From positions 1-60,188 of the forward strand of contig CAMNJS010000002.1 of NCBI GenBank assembly GCA_946541645.1: 60,188 nt of DNA, in the 5' to 3' direction. The stretch is from an uncultured Bacillota bacterium. Its GTDB lineage: Bacteria; Bacillota_I; Bacilli_A; RF39; UBA660. The notes under the pieces are model-generated. The model was given only the letters and a program-made list of their open reading frames with translations. It searched no databases and was not told where the DNA came from. This document shows positions 1 to 9,236 of this stretch, in pieces (the first letter of the stretch is position 1; the number at the start of each line of letters is the position of its first letter). Position numbers and translations under genes: made by a program.

Positions 1-421
1 AAGGATTACAAAAGATAAATGGCATTATGTATTATGTTAAAGATGATTATGTATACTCTGGTGAAATAGAGATTGATGGTGAAAAATATTTATTTAAAGA
101 ACGTAATGGAGAGATGCAAGTAGGAAGTGTGGCACTTAATAATGGAAAAAGAGTATTAATTAAAAGTGATGGCTCACATCCAAAAGGCTGGGTAACATAT
201 AATGGAGATAAGTATTATGTGGCTAAAGATGGATATATATTAGAAGGATTTAATACAGTAGATGGGAAAAGATACTATTTTGAAGAAGGAAGTGGGAAAT
301 TACTTTATTGGTGGCATTCAAAAGATGGCAAAAATTTTTATCAATATGGTGATGGAACAATAAAAGAAGGATTACAAAAGATAAATGGCATTATGTATTA
401 TGTTAAAGATGATTATGTATA
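1..421 (+). repeat. Perfect 55-nt direct repeat (1-55 and 367-421) inside the lysin repeat region
   Basis: aaggattacaaaagataaatggcattatgtattatgttaaagatgattatgtata occurs twice, 366 nt (122 codons) apart. It encodes EGLQKINGIMYYVKDDYVY in both copies. Confidence 0.9.
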
Positions 422-1406
422 TACCGGACAATTAATCTTAAATAATGTAGAATTATATTTTAACGAAAATAGTGGTGAAATTGTAACTGGGTTTATTGAT
501 CAATCTAACGGTAAAAAAATATTTGTTTCTAATGAATTTGCTCCTGTTAGAGGGTGGTTTACCGAAAGTGAAAAAATTTATTATGCAGATATTGATGGTT
601 ATATTTTGACAGGAAATCAGTCTGTAGAGGGACGTGATTATTATTTCAACGATGATGGTGTTTTGTGCGGCTTCTTTTGGGATAATGGAAATCTTTATTA
701 TAATAATCCTACTGGTGATAAAGTTTATGGAGTCCAAAGAATTGCTGGTAAATATTATAAATTCAACGAGTTAACTGGGGCTTTTGAAAAATTTGTAAAC
801 CAGCGTAATGTTATTGATATTTCTTCTCATAATGGCGATATTGATTGGTTGGCTGTTAAAAATTCAGGACTTGTTGATGCTGTTATATTACGATTGGGCT
901 ATGGATACCGGGCTATTGATAATAAGTTTTTGTATAATATGGGTGAGCTTAATCGTTTAAATATTCCTTTTAGTGTTTATTTATTTAGCTATGCTTTAAA
1001 TGGCAACGAAGCAAATGATGAAGCTAGTTTTATTATTAATACAATTAGGAAGTATAATGTTAATATTAACACTGATATTTTTTCTATATATTATGATTTA
1101 GAGGATTGGGATATTATTTCAACAGGTGAGTCTAGTGACTCTATAAGTGTTCAGAACTATGGTGACATTATTATGACTTTTATAAATAAAGTAGAAGGGG
1201 AACTCGGAATTAAAGCTAGATTATATGCAAGCAAAAATTATATTTTGACGAGGTTTCCAGAATTTACTCATCATTATGCAACTTGGGTAGCACAATGGGG
1301 GCCTAGTTTAACTTATAGTGGAGCTGTTGAGGGATGGCAATATACAAGCGATGGTTCAATTCCGGGTATAAATGGAAGAGTTGATTTGAACAAATTTTAT
1401 TTTTAA
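1..1406 (+). CDS. Cell-wall-binding-repeat protein with C-terminal GH25 muramidase domain (5' end outside window)
   Basis: The frame is open from base 3 (GLQKINGIM...), so ORF 27..1406 is a partial CDS. The N-terminal ~250 aa are aromatic/Gly-rich ~20-aa repeats (GWVTYNGDKYYV, KRYYFEEGSGKL, YYADIDGYILTG) like CW_binding_1/choline-binding repeats. The C-terminal part (VIDISSHNGDIDW, RLGYGYR, YDLEDWD, GWQYTSDGSIPGINGRVDLNKF) matches GH25 lysozymes. Confidence 0.8.
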   Translation, partial: GLQKINGIMYYVKDDYVYSGEIEIDGEKYLFKERNGEMQVGSVALNNGKRVLIKSDGSHPKGWVTYNGDKYYVAKDGYILEGFNTVDGKRYYFEEGSGKLLYWWHSKDGKNFYQYGDGTIKEGLQKINGIMYYVKDDYVYTGQLILNNVELYFNENSGEIVTGFIDQSNGKKIFVSNEFAPVRGWFTESEKIYYADIDGYILTGNQSVEGRDYYFNDDGVLCGFFWDNGNLYYNNPTGDKVYGVQRIAGKYYKFNELTGAFEKFVNQRNVIDISSHNGDIDWLAVKNSGLVDAVILRLGYGYRAIDNKFLYNMGELNRLNIPFSVYLFSYALNGNEANDEASFIINTIRKYNVNINTDIFSIYYDLEDWDIISTGESSDSISVQNYGDIIMTFINKVEGELGIKARLYASKNYILTRFPEFTHHYATWVAQWGPSLTYSGAVEGWQYTSDGSIPGINGRVDLNKFYF

Positions 1407-1428
1407 AAATTATCTATGAATGATATAC

Positions 1429-1469
1429 GCTTCGTTTCTTAAACATAGGAACGAGGCTTTTATTTTTTT
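1429..1469 (+). terminator. Rho-independent terminator after the lysin gene
   Basis: gcttcgtttc / gaacgaggc stem (with G-U pairs) followed by ttttattttttt. Confidence 0.6.
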
Positions 1470-1624
1470 GGCTTGTTTGACGAGTACTATATTTGTTTTT
1501 ATTTATTTTGTTTTAAAGGTGCTGATTAAGTAATATGATTAATTGTGCCGAACAATAATATTTATCTAGGGAAAATGGTTAAGAGAGACTTCCTTTTTTA
1601 ATTATAGATTTTTTTCTTTATATG

Positions 1625-1633
1625 TGGTAAACT
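1625..1633 (+). promoter_or_regulatory. Candidate extended -10 (TGgTAAACT) for the ABC/GT operon
   Basis: tgtggtaaact lies about 20 nt upstream of the RBS at 1653. The -35 is poor. Confidence 0.3.
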
Positions 1634-1661
1634 ATTTATAGTATTTTATGTGGAGGTTTTC

Positions 1662-2399
1662 ATGGAAAATAATAGCTGTGTTATTAAAGTAAAAAATGTA
1701 TCTAAAGACTTTATAATTTATGGTGATAAGGCTAATACTTTAAAGGAAAAAATAATTAGATTTAATAGTTCAAAAAAAGAAAGTTTTCATGTGCTTAAAA
1801 ATATAAATTTGGAAATTAATCGCGGCGAAACAGTTGCTTTAATTGGAGTTAATGGTAGTGGTAAAAGTACTTTATTAAAGCTTATTACTAAAATTATTTA
1901 TCCTACTAAGGGAAGTATTGTTGTTAGTGGTAAGTTAACATCTTTATTGGAACTTGGCGCTGGATTTCATCAAGATTTTTCTGGTAGGGAAAATATATAT
2001 TTTAATGCGTCTATTTTTGGTTTAACCAGAAAAGAAATTGATGATAGGATAAATGATATTATTGAGTTTTCCGAACTTGGTGATTTTATAGATAGTCCTG
2101 TAAGAACGTATTCTTCTGGAATGTATATGCGTTTAGCTTTTTCAGTGGCAATTAATGTTGATGCAGATATTTTACTTATTGATGAAATTTTAGCTGTTGG
2201 TGATAAACATTTTCAGGATAAATGTTTAAATAAGCTGCTTGAGTTAAAGAAGCAAGGCAAAACTATGGTTTTTGTTTCACATTCTGCAGATTCTGTTAGA
2301 TTTTTATGTGATAGAGCAGTTTGGCTTAGTGAAGGTAAAATAAGGATGGATGGAAAAACAGACGATGTTTTGGGTGAATATATTAAGGAGTGTGGTTAG
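1662..2399 (+). CDS. Polysaccharide/teichoic-acid export ABC transporter, ATP-binding subunit (TagH/RfbB/RgpD-like)
   Basis: Walker A GVNGSGKST, signature YSSGMYMRL, Walker B ILLIDE, H-loop VSHS. GGAGG at 1653-1657 favours ATG 1662 over the GTG 1650 start in the ORF track. Confidence 0.85.
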   Translation: MENNSCVIKVKNVSKDFIIYGDKANTLKEKIIRFNSSKKESFHVLKNINLEINRGETVALIGVNGSGKSTLLKLITKIIYPTKGSIVVSGKLTSLLELGAGFHQDFSGRENIYFNASIFGLTRKEIDDRINDIIEFSELGDFIDSPVRTYSSGMYMRLAFSVAINVDADILLIDEILAVGDKHFQDKCLNKLLELKKQGKTMVFVSHSADSVRFLCDRAVWLSEGKIRMDGKTDDVLGEYIKECG

Positions 2400-2402
2400 T
2401 AT

Positions 2403-3176
2403 ATGACTTTAGTTAGCAATTTATATAAATATCGTGAGTTTTTGAAAACTTCTATTTTAAAAGATTTTAGAGGAAAATATAAAAAGTCTTTTTTAGGGGT
2501 TTTATGGAGTTTTCTTAATCCTTTATTTCAGTTACTTATTTATTCTTTAGTTTTTCCTCATATTATGGGTAATCGTATTGAAAATTATACTTTATATTTG
2601 ATGATAGGGCTTATGCCATGGACTTTTTTTAACAATACAATTATTCAAAGTGCGGCTTGTATTGTCACTAACGGTGGCATTATTAAAAAAGTTTTTTTTC
2701 CGAGAGAAATTTTACCGATTTCTACTTTAACTAGTAATTTAGTGAATTTTTTAATTACTCAAATTATTGTTTTGCTTGCGTTAATTTTTAGCGGAGTAGG
2801 GATTGCAAAATCAATAATCTTTTTCCCTGTTATAGTTTTGCTTCAATATATTTTACAGCTTGGTTTTGCTTTTATTTTTTCGGCAATAACTGTTTATGTT
2901 AGGGATGTTGAATATATAATAAATATTTTTATGATGCTTATGTTTTATTTATGTCCTATTGTTTATGAGCCAGCTATGATTCCTGATAATTTATTACGTT
3001 TTTTCAAATTAAATCCGATGTTTGATATTATTACTTTTTATAGGCAAATTTTATATGAAGGTGTTTTCCCTGACATGTACAGTGTTTTAAAAATTTTTAT
3101 AGTTTGTTTGTTTTTCTTGTGTAGTGGGTACGCAATATTTAAACATTTAGAAAAAAGGTTTGCTGAGGAGTTATAG
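2403..3176 (+). CDS. ABC-2 type polysaccharide export permease (TagG/RfbA/RgpC-like)
   Basis: 257 aa with about six hydrophobic segments. The N-terminal YREFLKTSILKDFRGKYKKSFLGVLWSFLNP motif is typical of ABC-2 permeases. It starts 3 nt after the ATPase gene. Confidence 0.85.
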   Translation: MTLVSNLYKYREFLKTSILKDFRGKYKKSFLGVLWSFLNPLFQLLIYSLVFPHIMGNRIENYTLYLMIGLMPWTFFNNTIIQSAACIVTNGGIIKKVFFPREILPISTLTSNLVNFLITQIIVLLALIFSGVGIAKSIIFFPVIVLLQYILQLGFAFIFSAITVYVRDVEYIINIFMMLMFYLCPIVYEPAMIPDNLLRFFKLNPMFDIITFYRQILYEGVFPDMYSVLKIFIVCLFFLCSGYAIFKHLEKRFAEEL

Positions 3177-3179
3177 TTT

Positions 3180-4907
3180 ATGAAAGTATTTTCTTTTATT
3201 AAAAAAGTTGTAATTGTAATGTGGTATAGGCACCACTTTATTATTCCGCCTAAATATTGGGGCAAGTATTTTAAATCTTTTATACAAAAAGTGTTTGGAA
3301 TTAAAAATTATTATAATCCTTTTAATGTTAGGGAGTATAATATATGGCTTAATTCTAAACAAAAGACTGAAATGGTAGAATTAAAGAATAAACCGTTAAT
3401 TTCTATTGTCATTCCAGTCTATAATATTGAAAGAGAATTTTTAATTGATTGCCTAGATTCTATTTTAAACCAAACTTATCAAAATTTTGAGGTATGTCTT
3501 GCGGATGACAATTCAACAAATATGGATACTATTAATACTTTAAGGGAATACGAAAAAAAAGACTCACGAATAAAGGTTGTTTATAGAAAAGAAAATGGGC
3601 ATATTTCTAAGGCTACTAATTCTGCAATTGAAATAGCTAGTGGTGAGTATATTGCTCTTATGGATGACGATGATATTTTGACTCAAGAAGCTTTATATAA
3701 AGTTGCTTTGGCAATTAATGATACTGGCGCTGATTTTATATATAGTGATGAAGATAAGCAAGATATGAATGGTAATTTGTGCGAGCCTCATTTTAAAAGT
3801 GATTTTGCTGAGCACTCTTTATATGGTGGCAATTATATTTGTCATTTTACTGTTATTAAGAAATCTTTATTGGATAATATTGGATATTTTAGGGCTGAGT
3901 ATGTTGGGGCTCAAGATTTTGATTTATTTTTAAGGGCTACTGAAAAAGCTAAGAATGTATATCATATTCCAGAAATTTTGTATCACTGGCGAAAGGTCCC
4001 TGGGTCAACTGCTGATACAATAGGTAATAAAACTTATGCGATTGAAAATGGTAAAAAAGCTGTTATTGATGCTTTGAAAAGAAAAAATAAAGATGCTTTT
4101 GTTACTGTTCCAATTTTGACTACGCATTATATTGTTCATTATAATGTTAAAAATGATCCGTTGGTTACTATTATTATGCTTGATAATAATAGTGAAAGCA
4201 TTAGAAACAATATAAGTCAGTTTATGGATAATAATACTTATAAAAATATTGAAATGATTGTTTGCTATGATAAAATTGGCGAGTGGGATAATGTTATTTT
4301 TAAACGTGATAGTATAAATAATTTAGTTAAGATGTCAAAGGGCAAATATATACTTATTGTTTCTGGAAAGATAAAGTTTAATGATGCTACCATAATTAGG
4401 GAAATGGTTGGCTATGCTTCTCAACCGGAAATAGGTATAGTTGGCCCTAAAATTTATAGATATGGCAAGCTTATTAAAAGTGCCGGAATTGTTTTAAGTA
4501 ATGAAAATGTTTTTAGCGATGTTTTTAGTGATTATTTTACTGATTCTTATGGCATGTATGGTAGGTTATTAGTTCCTTATAATTATAGTGCTTTATCTGA
4601 TGTTTTTTTCATGTTTTCTAAAGACAAATACGAGGAGGTCAGCGGTTTTAGAGAGGATGTTTGTTTTACCTTGGCTTCTGTTGATTTTTGCTTGAAACTG
4701 CTTAGTAAATATCAGAATGTTTTGCTTTCACATTTATTTATATATCAAAAAGATTTTCATAGAAAGGATATTTCTGACATTTCTAGTGATGAGAAGAATG
4801 CACTTAAAAAAGATTGGAATTTGGATAATGACATTTACTACAATAAAAATTTAGATAAGAAGTATAGTTTTATGCTAAGTAAAAAAGGTGATGATGATGA
4901 GAAATAA
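3180..4907 (+). CDS. Dual-domain family-2 glycosyltransferase (second GT2 domain degenerate)
   Basis: Domain 1 has ISIVIPVYNIEREFLIDCLDSILNQTY, CLADDNS, LMDDDD and SDEDK. Domain 2 (VTIIMLDNNSE...) has VSGKIKF where the paralog at 14473-16311 has LNNDTEV. The N-terminal WYRHHFIIPP motif is shared with that paralog. Confidence 0.8.
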   Translation: MKVFSFIKKVVIVMWYRHHFIIPPKYWGKYFKSFIQKVFGIKNYYNPFNVREYNIWLNSKQKTEMVELKNKPLISIVIPVYNIEREFLIDCLDSILNQTYQNFEVCLADDNSTNMDTINTLREYEKKDSRIKVVYRKENGHISKATNSAIEIASGEYIALMDDDDILTQEALYKVALAINDTGADFIYSDEDKQDMNGNLCEPHFKSDFAEHSLYGGNYICHFTVIKKSLLDNIGYFRAEYVGAQDFDLFLRATEKAKNVYHIPEILYHWRKVPGSTADTIGNKTYAIENGKKAVIDALKRKNKDAFVTVPILTTHYIVHYNVKNDPLVTIIMLDNNSESIRNNISQFMDNNTYKNIEMIVCYDKIGEWDNVIFKRDSINNLVKMSKGKYILIVSGKIKFNDATIIREMVGYASQPEIGIVGPKIYRYGKLIKSAGIVLSNENVFSDVFSDYFTDSYGMYGRLLVPYNYSALSDVFFMFSKDKYEEVSGFREDVCFTLASVDFCLKLLSKYQNVLLSHLFIYQKDFHRKDISDISSDEKNALKKDWNLDNDIYYNKNLDKKYSFMLSKKGDDDEK

Positions 4908-7140
4908 GCTGGTTATTTTGAGCCTTGTTTTATTGTTATTTATTTTTAGCTACTTAAATGGAAAATACATTCCTATGATGATTTTTACTTATTTTATATA
5001 TTTATTATGTTTTAATAAAACAATAAGTAATGATGGCTGGTTAAAAAATTTTCTTTTTTTCTTTGGCGGTACTTTTTTGCTTTGGTATATTTTGAATACT
5101 TTTATTACTGCCATTTTTTTAAAAAATATTTTTGCAGCAATATTTATAACTGTGTATAGCTATATATTTACTAATGTTAGTATTCGTTTAAAAATTAAAA
5201 ACGTTTTGATTAGTGTCATAAAAAAATATAATTTAAAATGGAATACGTTTCACGAAAAACATTTTATTTTAAAAATACTACCAAAAAACATTTTAGTATT
5301 ATTTTTGTTTATTATTAGCATAATTACAGTTATCGAATTTTCTTTTAAAACTGCTAATGATTATTATGCTGTTTTTTCGCAGCCGAAGAGTGATATTCCG
5401 TATGATATTTTAAAGAAAACTAAGATTGATATTGATTTTGCTGATACAAATAAGTCTTTTTCAGCGATTTGTTTTAAATTTGGGACACATGATCGATTAA
5501 ATTTTTCTGATTTGACTTTTGCTATAGTAAGTGGTGAAACGACAGTTTTCAAAGAAAAATTTAATGCTAGCACTTTGGAAAATCTTGGTGATAAGTGTTT
5601 TGATTTAAAAAATATTTCTTTAGATGAACTTAAAAAATACGATTTATATTTTATTCCTACATCTGTTACTAAAAATGATTTTTTATCACTTTTTAAGGAT
5701 AAAGATACTGGTAATATTTCTTTTAGTTTAGCTAAAAAACAAGGTAGAGATGTTTCTTTAGTAAAAGCAGGTTTGATATTTTATAGTTTTTTAGTATTTT
5801 TTATGATTAATTATATTATTAATAGTAAAAAGTTAACTTATAATCAGCTATATATATATTTGTTAATGTTTTTAATACCAATTTTATTTATAATACCGGC
5901 TTTAAATGTTCCTGATGAATTTCATCATTTTTATAGATCTTATGGTAATTCTCAAATAGTTGATAATGATTTTAAATATAATGGTTTTGATAATCTCAAT
6001 ATTAAGGTACCTGATAATATTTCTTGCTTAAATTATACGCAAGTTCAAGTTTCGAATAAGATTTCATCTTTAAATACTTTGAGTGATTGTTTAAAGAATG
6101 GACAAAATATATATATTTATAATTCTTCGCATGGTTTTTCGCCATTATTTGGGTATATACCGCAGGCTACTGGAATTAAAATTGCTGATGCAGTTTCTGA
6201 TTCACCTCTTTTTATATTTTATTTTGGAAGATTATTTTCATTTTTGGTTGTTTTTACAATCTGCTATTTAGCAATCAAAATTACGCCAAAATATAAAGGA
6301 TTATTTTTACTTGTAGCTTCTTTGATGATGTTTATTCAGCAAATGATTTCTTACTCATATGATGCAATTTTAAATGCGGTGGCGCTACTTTATGTGGCTA
6401 GTTTGATTAAAATGATTTGTACTAAGGATAAACTTTCATTTAAAAATTTTATTTTACCTACTATTTGTTTAAGCATTATTTTGAATATTAAAATTGTTTA
6501 TTTTCCTTTGGCGATACTTATGTTTTTTATACCTAAAGGAAAAACAAATAGAAATAAATATTTTTATATTGTTTTATCTATATTTGTTTCCATTTTATTG
6601 CTTAAGGGACTGAATTATTTTATTTCATTAGCTGCTGGTAGTTCTGGCACTTCTGTTATTAATGGTGACGCTAGTAAGCAAATTTTATATTTAGTAAAGC
6701 ATCCGCTATTTATTTTTAAAGTCATTTATAGTACACTTAATTATAATACTTTATTTTATATTAGAGGACTTGTAGGCTTTTTTGGCTGGTTTGCATTTAA
6801 AATAAGCGATTTATATTTTGTTATTTATTTAGCTTTATTTTTATATTTATTATTTAGTGAAAGTAATATATTATCAAGTAGACAAAGAAGACTTCTTTTT
6901 GGAATGGTTTTGCTTTCAATTTTAGGAATTTTTGGTGCAATGTATTTGTTATGGTCTCCGTATAAAACTTTAATAGTTGAAGGCGTTCAGGGTAGATATT
7001 TTATTCCATTGCTTGTACCACTTATGATGGCTTTTATTCCTAGGGAAACTGTAATTAAAAAGGATGATAATATTCTATTTTCGTCAATTAATGTTCTTTT
7101 ACTGGAATTTATATTGGTTTTAATTATATGGTATTTTTAA
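4888..7140 (+). CDS. Large polytopic membrane protein, DUF2142/GT-C-like (candidate extracytoplasmic glycosyltransferase, GacL-like role)
   Basis: 750 aa with many hydrophobic segments. The PDEFHHFYRSY motif after a TM segment resembles the DUF2142 loop motif. The start is ambiguous (GTG 4888 followed by ATG x3). It overlaps the upstream stop. Confidence 0.55.
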   Translation: MMMMRNKLVILSLVLLLFIFSYLNGKYIPMMIFTYFIYLLCFNKTISNDGWLKNFLFFFGGTFLLWYILNTFITAIFLKNIFAAIFITVYSYIFTNVSIRLKIKNVLISVIKKYNLKWNTFHEKHFILKILPKNILVLFLFIISIITVIEFSFKTANDYYAVFSQPKSDIPYDILKKTKIDIDFADTNKSFSAICFKFGTHDRLNFSDLTFAIVSGETTVFKEKFNASTLENLGDKCFDLKNISLDELKKYDLYFIPTSVTKNDFLSLFKDKDTGNISFSLAKKQGRDVSLVKAGLIFYSFLVFFMINYIINSKKLTYNQLYIYLLMFLIPILFIIPALNVPDEFHHFYRSYGNSQIVDNDFKYNGFDNLNIKVPDNISCLNYTQVQVSNKISSLNTLSDCLKNGQNIYIYNSSHGFSPLFGYIPQATGIKIADAVSDSPLFIFYFGRLFSFLVVFTICYLAIKITPKYKGLFLLVASLMMFIQQMISYSYDAILNAVALLYVASLIKMICTKDKLSFKNFILPTICLSIILNIKIVYFPLAILMFFIPKGKTNRNKYFYIVLSIFVSILLLKGLNYFISLAAGSSGTSVINGDASKQILYLVKHPLFIFKVIYSTLNYNTLFYIRGLVGFFGWFAFKISDLYFVIYLALFLYLLFSESNILSSRQRRLLFGMVLLSILGIFGAMYLLWSPYKTLIVEGVQGRYFIPLLVPLMMAFIPRETVIKKDDNILFSSINVLLLEFILVLIIWYF

Positions 7141-7163
7141 GAACACTGTTGTGTTCTTTTTTG
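7139..7163 (+). terminator. Rho-independent terminator after the DUF2142 gene
   Basis: aagaacac-tgtt-gtgttctt followed by tttt. It overlaps the stop codon. Confidence 0.75.
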
Positions 7164-7227
7164 TGAAAATAGTCTTATTTTGTAGACTTGGATTATTTGT
7201 TTTGGTACAATAAATATGGAGGTAGTT

Positions 7228-7983
7228 ATGAAAAATAGCATAAAAATTTATATTGCTTCACATAAAAAGTTTAGTTCCTTTAATAATGATGTTTATGTGC
7301 CATTACATGTCGGATCTAAAGGAAAGGCTAACTTGGGTTATGTTTTAGATTCTAAAGGTGATAATATTTCTTTAAAGAATCCATATTTTTGCGAATTAAC
7401 TGGTCTTTATTGGATATGGAAAAATGATGATTCAGATATCGTTGGATTGGTTCATTATCGTAGATATTTTTATAATTCTGTTTTTAGTAAGATAGAAGAT
7501 ATTTTAGATGAAAAACAAATAGAAAATATTTTAGATAAATGTGATGTTATTTTGGCACAAAGAGGCTATACGTGGGGAAGTAGTGTGCGCAAACAATATG
7601 AATCTAAACATATTAAAGATGATTTAGATAAATGTGAACAAATACTTAAAGAAAAGTATCCTGATTATGGAAAATATTTTGATAAAATTATTAATGGAGA
7701 TCATTATTGCCCATTTAATATGATTATTTGTCGGAAGAAATTGTTTGATGAGTATTGTGAGTGGCTTTTTGATATTCTTTTTGCTCTCGAAAAGAAAATT
7801 GATTTGTCTGATAGGGATACTTATAACTCTAGAACGTTTGGATTTCTTTCTGAAAGGCTTTTAAATGTTTGGGTTTTAAAAAATAATTTGAATGTTATTG
7901 AAAAACCTGTATTTAATAATGAGGAAAATATATTTGTTCAAAGAATTCAATCTATTGTTAAAAAAATGATGTTTTGGAAATGA
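7228..7983 (+). CDS. DUF4422-family putative glycosyltransferase
   Basis: IYIASHKKF, PLHVGS, NPYFCELTGLYWIWKN and VGLVHYRRYF are typical DUF4422 motifs. GGAGG at 7218-7222 favours ATG 7228 over 7216. Confidence 0.7.
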   Translation: MKNSIKIYIASHKKFSSFNNDVYVPLHVGSKGKANLGYVLDSKGDNISLKNPYFCELTGLYWIWKNDDSDIVGLVHYRRYFYNSVFSKIEDILDEKQIENILDKCDVILAQRGYTWGSSVRKQYESKHIKDDLDKCEQILKEKYPDYGKYFDKIINGDHYCPFNMIICRKKLFDEYCEWLFDILFALEKKIDLSDRDTYNSRTFGFLSERLLNVWVLKNNLNVIEKPVFNNEENIFVQRIQSIVKKMMFWK

Positions 7984-8035
7984 GAATTTCTTTTTAAGGT
8001 AATGGGTGGCTGTTTATACTTCTTGGAGGTTAGTT

Positions 8036-9166
8036 ATGGAAATGCGAAAATCAAATTTTGAGTTGATGCGTATAGTGTCGATGTTTATGATTATTTTATG
8101 GCATATTTTTCTTTATGCTTTCGATTATGCTTCGATTAATATAAATGTTAGATATTTTTTTGATTTGTTTAAAGCAATCATGGTAGTACATGTAAATTCA
8201 TTTATTATTTTAACTGGTTATTTTCAGTGCAAATCAACATTTAAAATGCCTAAACTTTTAAAACTTATTGATGAAGTGTGGTTTTATAAGATTATTATAT
8301 TTTTGATATTTATTGCTATAGGCCTTTCAACTGCCAATCCTATAAATGTTGTTAGGACTTTTTTCCCATTTGATTTAGACAGCTATTGGTTTATTAGAGT
8401 TTATTTACTTTTATATATTATTTCTCCTTATTTAAATATAATTATTAATAATTTAAATAGGAGGCAGTACCGTATATCTTTGGTTGTAATGTTTTTGATG
8501 TTTTCAATCTTATCTGCAATTACAAAGCAAGAAATTTTTACGGTTGTTACTGTAAATAATGGTTTTTCAATTGTCAGTTTTGTGTTTTTATATTTTATAG
8601 GTGCATATTTCCGTAATTATCCTATTGAGGATATGTATATTGGGAAAAAGTATTCTAAGAAACTGTTACAACTATGCTTTATTATTGGATTTTTCTTATT
8701 AGCATTATTTAATTTTTCGTTGCATGTAGTAAGCTCACAATTATTGTCTGCTGGACAGTTGTGTAATTATTTTGCAAATATTATTTTTTATTCGTTTGAT
8801 AAATATGATAATCCTTTGGTTGTGCTTGGAACAATATGTTATTTTAGAATCTTTTACTTTATGGATATCAAGAGTACTTTTGTTAACAAAATATCTTCTG
8901 CGGCATTTGGAATTTATTTAATTCACGAAAATACACTTATGCGAGATACGCTTTATAAGATATTTAGATTTCCAAAATATGTTTTTTCCAGCAGGATTTT
9001 TATCCATATTTTGTCAGTAGCAATTATTATTTTTGTTGTTTGTTGTATTATTGATTTAATTAGACAGAAATTATTTAAAATTGTTTATAATTTCAAAATA
9101 TCCAAATGGTGGCGTCAAAAATATCAAAATTATTTGAAGAGTTTGGGTTTAAATATTAAGTGGTAG
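8036..9166 (+). CDS. Acyltransferase family 3 (AT3) membrane O-acyltransferase
   Basis: About 10 TM segments. The N-terminal NFELMRIVSMFMIILWH (R/H motif) is typical of Acyl_transf_3. GGAGG at 8025-8029 favours ATG 8036. Confidence 0.75.
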   Translation: MEMRKSNFELMRIVSMFMIILWHIFLYAFDYASININVRYFFDLFKAIMVVHVNSFIILTGYFQCKSTFKMPKLLKLIDEVWFYKIIIFLIFIAIGLSTANPINVVRTFFPFDLDSYWFIRVYLLLYIISPYLNIIINNLNRRQYRISLVVMFLMFSILSAITKQEIFTVVTVNNGFSIVSFVFLYFIGAYFRNYPIEDMYIGKKYSKKLLQLCFIIGFFLLALFNFSLHVVSSQLLSAGQLCNYFANIIFYSFDKYDNPLVVLGTICYFRIFYFMDIKSTFVNKISSAAFGIYLIHENTLMRDTLYKIFRFPKYVFSSRIFIHILSVAIIIFVVCCIIDLIRQKLFKIVYNFKISKWWRQKYQNYLKSLGLNIKW

Positions 9167-9236
9167 TTTTTTATGTATTTTGATGTTTTATGGCTGATTA
9201 TTTGATATAATAAATGTAGTTAGGTTTGGTGAAAAT

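Noticed and set aside
2692-2699. Homopolymer tracts inside glycopolymer genes as phase-variation switches: T8 at 2692-2699, A8 near 3553-3560, and A9 near 13286-13294.
   Set aside because: Runs of 8-9 A/T are frequent throughout this AT-rich sequence, including housekeeping genes and spacers. Nothing singles these out, and population sequencing would be needed to argue otherwise.
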